39,869 bases of DNA from an uncultured bacterium (GTDB lineage Bacteria; CAYJRR01): NCBI GenBank assembly GCA_964372275.1, contig CAYJRR010000027.1, positions 1 through 39,869 of the forward strand. The letters are read 5' to 3'. A program made the position numbers and the translations under genes. The notes under the pieces were generated by a model that saw only the letters and a program-made list of their open reading frames with translations, made no database searches and had not been told where the DNA came from. Every line of letters starts with the position of its first letter. The stretch's first letter is position 1. Below, one piece after another: positions 27,052-35,492 of the stretch.

Positions 27052-27989
27052 GGATCGTCGTCACCGGCGGACTCGGCCACATCGGTTCGCGGTTGATCCG
27101 CGAGCTTCCGGCCGTCGCCGGTCGGGACGAGATCGTGGTCGTCGACGACCTGTCGACACAGCGTTTCGCGTCGCTGTTCGATCTCCCCGTCGCGGGTCGC
27201 TATCGCTTCGTCGAAGCCGACGTCCTCGCCGCCGACCTGACGGCGCTGTTTCAGGGAGCGGAGGCCGTGATTCACCTCGCGGCGATCACCGACGCTCCGA
27301 GCAGCGTCGGGAACCGCGACAAGGTCGACCGTCTCAATGCGGGGGGGACGGAGCGTGTCGCGCGTGCCTGTCTCGCCAGCGGCTGCCGCCTGCTGTTCGC
27401 ATCGACGACCAGCGTCTACGGGCCGCGAACCGAGGTCGTCGACGAGCGCTGCCCGCCGGAGGATCTGAACCCATCGAGCCCCTATGCCGAGAGCAAGCTT
27501 CGCGCCGAGCGCATTCTGGTCGAGCTCGGGGAGCGGGGCTTGCGATTCGTGACCTGCCGGTTCGGGACGATCTTCGGCACGTCGCCCGGAATGCGGTTCC
27601 ATACCGCCGTGAACAAGTTCGTCTGGCAAGCCTGCCTCGGACTCCCACTCACCATCTGGCGCACGGCGCTCGACCAGAAGCGTCCGTACCTCGATCTTGC
27701 CGATTGTGTTCGGTCGATCCATTTCCTCCTTGCGTCCGACCGGTTCGACCGCGAGACCTACAACGTGCTCACGCTGAACGCGACGGTGCGTGAGATCGTC
27801 GAGGCGATTCGGGCGTCGGTCCCCGACGTGCGAACGGAGCTGGTCGATGCGGAGATCATGAACCAGCTCTCCTATGTCGTCGACCGGCGCAAGTTCGAGG
27901 CGCTCGGATTCCGATTCGAGGGGGATCTCGCGGCCGGAATCGCCGAGACCGTCCGCCTCCTGCGCAACGCCCGGTCCGAACGTGGCTAA
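27048..27989 (+). CDS. NAD-dependent epimerase/reductase (extended SDR)
   Basis: Start ATG 27048 (ATGA overlap). TGGLGHIG, HLAAITD, STTSVYG, YAESK, RFGTIFG.SPGMRFHTAVN. Confidence 0.9.
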   Translation: MRIVVTGGLGHIGSRLIRELPAVAGRDEIVVVDDLSTQRFASLFDLPVAGRYRFVEADVLAADLTALFQGAEAVIHLAAITDAPSSVGNRDKVDRLNAGGTERVARACLASGCRLLFASTTSVYGPRTEVVDERCPPEDLNPSSPYAESKLRAERILVELGERGLRFVTCRFGTIFGTSPGMRFHTAVNKFVWQACLGLPLTIWRTALDQKRPYLDLADCVRSIHFLLASDRFDRETYNVLTLNATVREIVEAIRASVPDVRTELVDAEIMNQLSYVVDRRKFEALGFRFEGDLAAGIAETVRLLRNARSERG

Positions 27990-29016
27990 GGGACGGCTCC
28001 TCTTTGTCCTCGATCCGGTTCTCGGCCACGCCACGGTGCGGGTGAGGGGCCTCATCTTCCAGGAGCCGCTCGAGCGGCTCGGCTGGTCGACGGAGTTCGT
28101 CTACCTGCGCGAACGGGGCGCCGCGGACGATCCGACCGCATTGCGGCGACGCGAGGACGAGATCGTCGGGCGCGCGTCGGAGGCCGATGCCGTTTACCTG
28201 CTCAAGGTGGCGTCGCTCCGCCTGGTCCGCGAGCTGAAAGCGCGATCCGACGCGAAGGTGGTCTTCGACCTGACCGATGCGCTCTGGCTCCCGGTCCACC
28301 AGCGGGCGGGGTGGCGCGATCTGAACAAGATCCTTCGCCTATCGGATGCGGTGTTCAGCGAGAACGAATGGGTATGCGCCTACGGGCGGCGTTTCAACCG
28401 TCGGGTCGTCCCGATTCCGCCGTGCACGCAGGTAGAGCGCTTCGACGAGCTGCGCGCCGACGTCCGGCGCGGAGACCGGTCGACCACCGTCGTGGGATGG
28501 ATCGGCAGCTCGGGGACGATGCAGGCGCTGGGCGCGATCCGGGAACCGCTGGAACGGGTTCTTCGCCGGCACCCCGAGGTCGAGCTACGGGTGGTCGGCG
28601 GCAACGATCCGAGCCGGGTGCCGCGCGTCGACGGCGCCCGGATCTCCTACCGAGCCGACTACGACGAAACGGCGATGATTCACGAGATCCTGTCGATGGA
28701 CGTCGGGCTGTTTCCGCCCCCCTTCGACGTCGAGGAGTACGAGCTTCGGGGACCGCTCAAAGCGCTCCTCTACATGACCGGTGGCGTGCCGCCGGTCTGC
28801 CTCCGCGCGGGCGACTGCGCGCGTATCGTGCGCCACGGCGTGAACGGCATGTTGGCTTCGACACCGGACGAGTGGACCGACGCGATCGAGCGCCTGGTGT
28901 CGTCGCCGGAGGAGCGCCGGGGGATGGGGCGACAGGCGCTCGAATCGGTGCGGAAGGCACACTCCCGCGAAGCGGTGGCGGCCATACTCGATCGGGCCTT
29001 CCTCGATCTCCTGTGA
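27982..29016 (+). CDS. Family 4 (GT-B) glycosyltransferase
   Basis: Start re-picked to GTG 27982. VFDLTDALW, VVGWIGS, DVGLFP, LKALLYMTGGVP, HGVNGMLA. Confidence 0.82.
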   Translation: MAKGRLLFVLDPVLGHATVRVRGLIFQEPLERLGWSTEFVYLRERGAADDPTALRRREDEIVGRASEADAVYLLKVASLRLVRELKARSDAKVVFDLTDALWLPVHQRAGWRDLNKILRLSDAVFSENEWVCAYGRRFNRRVVPIPPCTQVERFDELRADVRRGDRSTTVVGWIGSSGTMQALGAIREPLERVLRRHPEVELRVVGGNDPSRVPRVDGARISYRADYDETAMIHEILSMDVGLFPPPFDVEEYELRGPLKALLYMTGGVPPVCLRAGDCARIVRHGVNGMLASTPDEWTDAIERLVSSPEERRGMGRQALESVRKAHSREAVAAILDRAFLDLL

Positions 29017-29999
29017 CCCCCGTTCTCTCGATCGTCGTCTGCACCTTCAATCGCGCGCCGCGGCTCAAGGCGGCGCTCGAGGCGTTGTTGGCGCAGACGG
29101 CCGACCGATCGCGTTGGGAGGTGGTGGTCGTCGACAACCGATCCACCGACGGAACGCGCGAGGTGGTGCGCGCGTTCGAGACGCGGGGGGAGGGGGCGGC
29201 GGCCCACGCGAACGGGGGCCGCGCGCCGGTCGTCCGCTACGCCTTCGAGGAGAGGCAGGGGCTTTCGCACGCGCGCAACCGGGGGTGGCGGGAGGCGCGC
29301 GGGCGGTGGGTGGGATACACCGACGACGACTGCCTTTGCCCGCCGGGATGGGTGCAGGCCGCGTTGGAGGTGTGCGACGCGAAGAGCCCCGGGGTCTTCG
29401 GCGGGCCCTACCACCCCTTCTACGAGACGCCGAAGCCGCCTTGGTTCCGGGACGCGTACGGCGCGCATGACCTGGGTCCGGAGTCGAAGGCGCTCGACTT
29501 GGACTACCTCACCGGCGGGAACATCTTCTTCCGCCGCGATCTGCTGCAGGAGGTCGGCGAGTTCGATCCGGATCTGGGGATGAAAGGGGGGGCGCTCGCC
29601 TACGGGGAGGAGTCGGCGCTTCTCAAGCGGGTGCGCGCGGCAAGGCCCTCGGAGCTGGTGTGGTACGAACCGCGCCTCGCCGTGCGCCACCTCGTCCCCG
29701 CGACGAAGATGACGGCGCGCTTCGCGGCGCGATCGCAGTTCGCCGCCGGCCGGTCGGGGCACCGCCTCTTCGGATTCGGGAGCCGGCCGACGCGCCTCCA
29801 CCTCCTCGTCGACGCCCTCCGCGAGGGGGTCGGTCTCGGACGGGACCTGGTGCACGCGCTCCTCCTTCGCGATCGCGCGCGCTTTCCGCACCCGATGAAC
29901 CACTTCTGGGAGCGGGGGGCCGGACGCTTCCGCCGCTTCGGCGAAGTGTGGGAGGCGCTCTTCCATCCGTCGCCCGGCGGGATGAGGTTCGACCGATGA
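29013..29999 (+). CDS. Family 2 glycosyltransferase
   Basis: Start GTG 29013 (GTGA overlap). LSIVVCTFNR, VVDNRSTD, GLSHARNRG, YTDDDC, GGNIFFRR, YGEE. Confidence 0.9.
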   Translation: MTPVLSIVVCTFNRAPRLKAALEALLAQTADRSRWEVVVVDNRSTDGTREVVRAFETRGEGAAAHANGGRAPVVRYAFEERQGLSHARNRGWREARGRWVGYTDDDCLCPPGWVQAALEVCDAKSPGVFGGPYHPFYETPKPPWFRDAYGAHDLGPESKALDLDYLTGGNIFFRRDLLQEVGEFDPDLGMKGGALAYGEESALLKRVRAARPSELVWYEPRLAVRHLVPATKMTARFAARSQFAAGRSGHRLFGFGSRPTRLHLLVDALREGVGLGRDLVHALLLRDRARFPHPMNHFWERGAGRFRRFGEVWEALFHPSPGGMRFDR

Positions 30000-31942
30000 G
30001 GTTCCTCGTCGTCGACACCTACTACCCGCCCTTCCTCGAGGCGCATTACCGAGACCGGCCGGGCCTCGCGCGCCAGCCCTACGAGGTACAACGCGACGGC
30101 CTCCTCGGCCGCTGCTTCGGCACCAGCGACTACTACGCGCGCAACCTCCGTGCGCTCGGCCACGAGGCGGAGGAGGTGATCGCGAACAGCCTTCCGCTGC
30201 AGCGGGCGTGGGCGCGGGAGAACGGACTCCCGAGTCTCCCCACCGCCGGCAAGCGCACGCTGCTCCGGATCCTGGCGGCGCAGATCGAAAAGATCCGTCC
30301 CGACGTCCTCTACGTGCAGGACCTGAACTGGATCGACGCCGGACTCCTGCACGAGGTGCGGGCGCGCGTTCCGGCGATCGTCGGCCAGACCTCGTACGCG
30401 CTCTCGCCGGACGTCGACCTCGGTCCCTACGACCGCCTGCTGACGAGCTTTCCCCATTACGTCTCGATGCTCCGGCGCCGCGGACTCCCCGCCGCCTTTC
30501 TCCCGCTCGCGTTCGAACCGGCGGTGCTGGAGAAGGTCGGTTCGCGGGAGCGCGTGCACGGCGCCGTCTTCGTCGGCGGCTACGCCGGGCCGCAGCACGA
30601 GCCGGGGGCGCGCTTCCTGGAGGAGGTCGCGGCCCGGGTGAAGGTCGACTTCTGGGGCTACGGCGAGGAGTCGCTTCGCGCGGACTACCCGATCCGGCGC
30701 CGCTTCCACGGACCGGCGTGGGGACTCGACATGTACCGCGTCCTCGCCGACGCGAAGATCGCCGTCAATCGACACGGCCCGGTCGCCGGTCGTTTCTGCA
30801 ACAACATGCGCCTGTTCGAGGCGACGGGGATGGGTTGCGCGCTGGTGACCGACCGCAAGGACAACCTCGCCGACCTGTTCCGGCCGGACGAGGAGGTGGT
30901 CGCCTACGACTCGGCGGCCGATTGCGCCGAGCGGATCGCCTGGTTGCTGGGCCACGAGCGCGAACGCGCGGCGCTCGCCGCCGCCGGACAACGTCGCACG
31001 CTCACCGACCACACCTACGCCAAGCGGATGGAAGCGGTCGCCGACCACGCGGCCGGGATCGTCCGCGGTCCGCGCGCGGCGGCCGGCGGCCCCAGGCGCC
31101 TCGGCCGGCCGGTTTCGCGGGGCCCGGTGCGCGCCGCGCTCCGTCGCGCGCGGCCGATCGTCGAGGAGCTCCCCGGCGGAAGGCTCGCCATCGCCACCGC
31201 GGCGCTCGCGCTCCGGACGCGCGCGCGGCTGCGTGGACCGTCGGACGGGTATCTCCTCTTCGAGCCGGGACGGGACCCGCGCTCCCTGGACCGGAGCTGG
31301 CAGGACCCGTCGATCCCCGAGCAGCAACGGGCGGTGGTCGAGGACGAGCTTTTGGAGATGTACCGCGGCCACGACGTACCGGTGCTGCGGACCGCCGCCG
31401 AGGCGGTGCGGGCGACCGGCTGCGAAGCGGGCTCGATCCTGGAGGTCGGTTGCGCCAGCGGCTACTACCAGGAGGTTCTGGAGTACTACGCCGGCCGCCG
31501 GCCCGACTACCTCGGGGTCGACTATTCGCTCCCACTCTTGCGGATGGCGCTCCGCGCGAACCCCGGGACACCGTTCGCCGCCGCCGACGCGACGAGCCTC
31601 CCGTTCGCCGACGGCGCCTTCGAGTTGGTCATCTCCGGCTGCGTGCTGCTTCATCTGGCGGACTACGACCGCGCAATCGCCGAGACGGCACGCGTGGCGA
31701 GGGTCGCCGCCATCTTCCATCGCACGCCGGTGATGCGGACCGCGCCGACGATGTGGCTCCGGAAGCGCGCCTACGGTGTCGAGATGGCGGAGGTGGTCTT
31801 CGAGGAGTCGCACCTGCTGGAGCAGTTCCGGCACCACGGACTCGAGACGGTCGAGAAGCGCGAGATCCAGACGCACGCCATCGCCTGTCTCCCGGAGCCG
31901 GTGACGGTGACGACCTACGTCTGCCGCAAGGGGGGATCGTGA
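29996..31942 (+). CDS. Fusion protein: CgeB-like glycosyltransferase plus C-terminal class I SAM methyltransferase
   Basis: Start ATG 29996; one 648-aa frame. GT part: VDTYYPPFL, AFE, WGLDMY..L..AKIAVNRH...NNMRLFEATGMG. MTase part: ILEVGCASGYY, GVDYS, DATSLPFADGAF, GCVLLH. Confidence 0.88.
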   Translation: MRFLVVDTYYPPFLEAHYRDRPGLARQPYEVQRDGLLGRCFGTSDYYARNLRALGHEAEEVIANSLPLQRAWARENGLPSLPTAGKRTLLRILAAQIEKIRPDVLYVQDLNWIDAGLLHEVRARVPAIVGQTSYALSPDVDLGPYDRLLTSFPHYVSMLRRRGLPAAFLPLAFEPAVLEKVGSRERVHGAVFVGGYAGPQHEPGARFLEEVAARVKVDFWGYGEESLRADYPIRRRFHGPAWGLDMYRVLADAKIAVNRHGPVAGRFCNNMRLFEATGMGCALVTDRKDNLADLFRPDEEVVAYDSAADCAERIAWLLGHERERAALAAAGQRRTLTDHTYAKRMEAVADHAAGIVRGPRAAAGGPRRLGRPVSRGPVRAALRRARPIVEELPGGRLAIATAALALRTRARLRGPSDGYLLFEPGRDPRSLDRSWQDPSIPEQQRAVVEDELLEMYRGHDVPVLRTAAEAVRATGCEAGSILEVGCASGYYQEVLEYYAGRRPDYLGVDYSLPLLRMALRANPGTPFAAADATSLPFADGAFELVISGCVLLHLADYDRAIAETARVARVAAIFHRTPVMRTAPTMWLRKRAYGVEMAEVVFEESHLLEQFRHHGLETVEKREIQTHAIACLPEPVTVTTYVCRKGGS

Positions 31943-32934
31943 CGGAGGTCGGTTCCGCGCGGGCCGTGGAGGCGACGCTCGACGAGCTCGTCCACGCCGT
32001 CGATCCGCCGCCGGTCTTGGTTGACGTCGGCGCGTCGGGTGCGCCGCCGCGCATCTGGCAGAAGCTTGCGCGGCACGCCGTCTACGTCGGCTTCGACCCC
32101 GACCGGCGCGACCTCCACGAGACGGGGGAAGGGGCGTTCCGTCGGTCGATCGTTCTCCCCGAGGCGGTGACCGACGACCCGGCGAAAGGGGAGGTGCTTC
32201 TCCATCTCACCCGCTCGCCGCACTGCTCCAGCACGCTCGAGCCCGACAGTCAGGCGCTCGCCGAACATCTCTTTGCCGACCTGTTCCAGGTGGAGCGGAC
32301 GGCGACGGTGCGCGCCACGACGCTTTCGGCGGCCCTGTCGAAGGCGCGACTCGACCGGATCGACTGGCTCAAGCTCGATACTCAGGGGACCGACATGCGC
32401 TTGGTGACGAGCCTCCCGGAGGCGCCGCGGCGGACGCTGCTGGCGGTCGACGTCGAGCCCGGATTGATCGACGCCTATCGGGGCGAGGACCAGTTCGCAG
32501 ACACGCACCGGTGGCTCACGCGAGAGGGGTTCTTCCTTTCCCGGTTGGAAGTCCGGGGCACGGCGCGGATGCGGCCGGCGACGCTCGCCGCGCTCACCGG
32601 GAGCGGCGTCGACCGCCGTCTCGTCGAGCGGTTCCAGCGACCGTCGCCCGGATGGTGCGAGGCGCGGTACCTGCGCACCCTCCCTGCTCTCGACGGCCTT
32701 CCGCCGCGAGCCTTCGACCTGCTCGCCGCTTTCGCCCACGTCGACGGACAGCACGGGTTCTGCCTCGACCTGGCCGCGGCGCGCGAGGCCCGTTTCGGCG
32801 CCGACGGCCGCTCGGCGGCGATCCGCCGGCTCGCGGTCGGTGCGCTGGCCCGAGCGGCGCGCTTCGGCACGCTGCGCGGGGTCGCCGCGCGAGTGAAGCG
32901 GTGGGTGCGACGCGTCGGTGGAGGCCGACGGTGA
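31939..32934 (+). CDS. FkbM-like methyltransferase
   Basis: Start GTG 31939 (GTGA overlap). LVDVGASG, VGFDPD, CSSTLEP, IDWLKLDTQGTD. Confidence 0.82.
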   Translation: MTEVGSARAVEATLDELVHAVDPPPVLVDVGASGAPPRIWQKLARHAVYVGFDPDRRDLHETGEGAFRRSIVLPEAVTDDPAKGEVLLHLTRSPHCSSTLEPDSQALAEHLFADLFQVERTATVRATTLSAALSKARLDRIDWLKLDTQGTDMRLVTSLPEAPRRTLLAVDVEPGLIDAYRGEDQFADTHRWLTREGFFLSRLEVRGTARMRPATLAALTGSGVDRRLVERFQRPSPGWCEARYLRTLPALDGLPPRAFDLLAAFAHVDGQHGFCLDLAAAREARFGADGRSAAIRRLAVGALARAARFGTLRGVAARVKRWVRRVGGGRR

Positions 32935-33941
32935 CCGCGCAGGGAAGGAACGGGAACGCCCCGGGGCCGAGGGCGACCGCGCTGACGTCGGTGGCGATCG
33001 CGCCGGTCCGTCACCTCTGCACCTATTTCGACCGGAACTACCTCTTCCGGGGGCTCGCGCTCTACCGGTCGCTGGAACGGCATTCTCCTGCGTTCGTCCT
33101 ATGGATCCTCTGCTTCGACGACGAGACGTTCGACCTCCTGTCGGCGCTCCGTCTCCCCCGCGCGCGTCTGGTCCGCCGGGCAGAGGTGGAGGCGTTCGAC
33201 CCGGCCTTCGCCGCCACGCGCCACGACCGGTCGTTGGTAGAGCACTACTGGACGACGAGTCCTGTGCTCCCGCGCTTCGTCCTCGCGCAGGAGCCTTCCG
33301 CCGACGCCGTCGCCTACCTCGACGGCGATCTCTACTTCTTCGGTCCCGTCGAGGCGCTCTTCGACGAGCTCGGAGGGCGTTCGATCCTTGCCGTCGAGCA
33401 CGGCTTCGCGCCCGAGGACGCGCACCAGCTCAAATGGGGGCGCTTCAACGTCGGTTCGCTCCTCTTCCGTCGCGACGCCGCCGGCGAACGGTGTTTGGCG
33501 CGCTGGCGCGAGCAGTGCCTGGCCTGGTGCCGCGCGACGCTCGAGGACGGAAAGTACGGCGATCAGCTCTACCTCGACGAGTGGCCGGCGCTTTACGGCG
33601 ACGCCCTCGCCGTGCCGCGCCGAACGGGGATCGGCGTCGCCCCCTGGAACCTCCGCCGGCGCCGCATCGAGGCGGGCGACCCGCCGACCGCCGACGGCGA
33701 TCCGATCGTCTTCGTCCACTTCCACGCGCTGGAGCTGCTCACGCCGAGGGTGGCCTGGATCAAGGACGCCTATCCGATTCCGCGGCGGTCAAAGGGGATT
33801 CTTTACCGGCCGTACCTCGATGCGATCCGCGGCGCCGTCGGTGAGGTTCGCGCCGTGGAGCCTGGGTTCTCCCACGGCTTGCGGGGGCTCGCTCCCAGGT
33901 TGGTTCTTTCGGGTATTCGCCGAGGACGGCTCGTCCTGTAG
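32931..33941 (+). CDS. Putative GT-A glycosyltransferase (GT8/nucleotide-diphospho-sugar transferase-like)
   Basis: Start GTG 32931 (GTGA overlap). CTYFDRNYLFRGLALY.SL, YLDGDLYFF (DxD), GRFNVG, YGDQLYLDEW, APWN, FVHFH. Confidence 0.82.
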   Translation: MTAQGRNGNAPGPRATALTSVAIAPVRHLCTYFDRNYLFRGLALYRSLERHSPAFVLWILCFDDETFDLLSALRLPRARLVRRAEVEAFDPAFAATRHDRSLVEHYWTTSPVLPRFVLAQEPSADAVAYLDGDLYFFGPVEALFDELGGRSILAVEHGFAPEDAHQLKWGRFNVGSLLFRRDAAGERCLARWREQCLAWCRATLEDGKYGDQLYLDEWPALYGDALAVPRRTGIGVAPWNLRRRRIEAGDPPTADGDPIVFVHFHALELLTPRVAWIKDAYPIPRRSKGILYRPYLDAIRGAVGEVRAVEPGFSHGLRGLAPRLVLSGIRRGRLVL

Positions 33942-33978
33942 CAGGAAGCGCGTCCGCGGCCGCCGGAACGGCCTCCGC

Positions 33979-34015
33979 CGCGACGGCAACCGCGGGACGC
34001 GACGCAGCCGTCGCG
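33979..34015 (+). terminator. Inverted repeat after the glycan operon, possible terminator
   Basis: CGCGACGGC (33979-33987) pairs with GCCGTCGCG (34007-34015). The loop is long and there is no U-tract. Confidence 0.3.
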
Positions 34016-34026
34016 CGTGACGACAC

Positions 34027-34042
34027 GATTGACATGTCAATC
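34027..34042. promoter_or_regulatory. Perfect 16-bp palindrome (putative repressor operator) overlapping a TTGACA -35 box
   Basis: GATTGACATGTCAATC is its own reverse complement. TTGACA is at 34029-34034, a weak -10 CAGTCT follows after 17 bp, then SD GGAGG and ATG 34080. Confidence 0.7.
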
Positions 34043-34079
34043 AATCTGTCGCAGTCTACGCGGTCCCAGGGAGGCCCCG

Positions 34080-35492
34080 ATGATCACCCGTCGACTCCGC
34101 GAAAGCCTGATAGCCGGGGCCCTCCTCGCCGTCGCCGGTTGCAACGACAGCGATCTCCACCGCGACCCGGCCCCCGTCCCGGAACCCGAGCCGTCGCCGG
34201 CCCCGACCGCGCCGCCGGGTTACTCCCCGATCGTCGAGTTCCTCGCCGTCGATCTCGACAACATCAACGGCTCGTCGACCGCCCCCTTCGGAGTCACCGT
34301 CTCGAACCTCGATCCGACCTACGCCGCGACGGTCGCGGTGCTCGACCGCGCCGGCGCGACGGTCGCCACCGCCACCGTCCAGCCGAAGAGCGCCGCGAGC
34401 GTGGCGCTCCCCTCCGCCAACCTGGAGGGGACGATGGTCGGGGAGGCGTTCCGGGTCCGGAGCGATCTGCCGGTCACGGTCCACCAGCACAACCCGCTCG
34501 GGAACATGGGCTACTACACGAACGACGGGAGCCGGCTGACGGCCGTTTCGCGGCTCGGAACCGACCACCTCGTCCTCGCCTGGCCGCAATCGGCGGCCTG
34601 GACGCAGCGCGGTTACCTCACCGTCGCGGCCGACGACGGGCCGACGAAGGTCGAGGTCACCGTCGCCGCCCCGACGATCGCGTCGAACGGCGGCGTCCCG
34701 GTGCCGGCGTTGGAGGCGGGCGAGACGCTGGTCTTCACCCTCGAACGACAGCAGGCGCTCAACCTCGTGACGCGGAACTTCGCCGACGACCTCACCGGCA
34801 CCCGCGTCGTCTCCGACCGCCCGGTCGCCGTCTTTGGCGGGAACGAGTGCGCCTTCGTGCCGCTCGAGGTCGGGACCTGCGATCACCTCGAAGAGCAGCT
34901 TCCTCCGGTCGGTCGCTGGGGGACCTCCTTCCTGGCCGCCAAGAGCCCGCCGCGGGGCGCCGTCCCCGACGTGTGGCGCGTGCTGGCGCGGGAGGACGGG
35001 ACGGTCGTCTCCGCAGATCCCCCGCAGCCAGGCCTTCCGGCGGTGCTGGCTGCGGGGGAGATGCTTCAGCTCATGAGCTTCCAGAGCTTTCGCCTGGAGA
35101 CGACCGCCCCGGCGCTCGTCGGACAGTTCCTGGTCGGCCAGTCCTGGGGGGATGCGCAGGATGGATCGTTGACCGAGAACCAGGGGGATCCGACCTTCGT
35201 TCTCGTCCCGCCGCTCGACCGCCTCCGCTCGGAATACGTCTTCTTCGTCCCGCCGGGCTACTGGCGCACCGCGATCGTGGTCGGCGCGCCGGACGCGACC
35301 GCCGTCCGCCTCGACGGCGAGCCGATCCCCGGATTCGCGCCGGTGGCCGGCGGCTGGAGCGCGGCGACCGCCGACCTCGCCTGGGGTCCGCACCGCGTCG
35401 ACGCCGACGGACCGGTCCAGGTCTCGATCTTCGGTCTCGACTTCACCGTCGCCTTCGGCCTCTCCGCGGGCGAGCTCGAGGAGGCGCCATGA
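34080..35492 (+). CDS. IgGFc-binding-domain lipoprotein
   Basis: Start ATG 34080 with SD GGAGG. Lipobox AVAGC, Pro-rich linker, SDLPVTVHQHNP, DLTGTRV.SDRPVAVFGG.ECA.VP, CDHLEEQL.P...WG, WRVLA..DGT, GDP. Confidence 0.85.
   Translation: MITRRLRESLIAGALLAVAGCNDSDLHRDPAPVPEPEPSPAPTAPPGYSPIVEFLAVDLDNINGSSTAPFGVTVSNLDPTYAATVAVLDRAGATVATATVQPKSAASVALPSANLEGTMVGEAFRVRSDLPVTVHQHNPLGNMGYYTNDGSRLTAVSRLGTDHLVLAWPQSAAWTQRGYLTVAADDGPTKVEVTVAAPTIASNGGVPVPALEAGETLVFTLERQQALNLVTRNFADDLTGTRVVSDRPVAVFGGNECAFVPLEVGTCDHLEEQLPPVGRWGTSFLAAKSPPRGAVPDVWRVLAREDGTVVSADPPQPGLPAVLAAGEMLQLMSFQSFRLETTAPALVGQFLVGQSWGDAQDGSLTENQGDPTFVLVPPLDRLRSEYVFFVPPGYWRTAIVVGAPDATAVRLDGEPIPGFAPVAGGWSAATADLAWGPHRVDADGPVQVSIFGLDFTVAFGLSAGELEEAP

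Noticed and set aside
30208..31938. Long 5' extensions in the ORF track (also from 14876, 17639, 20561, 24698, 28311, 29660, 32511, 34034)
   Set aside because: They overlap real genes in another frame. Starts were re-picked at stop/start overlaps where family motifs begin.
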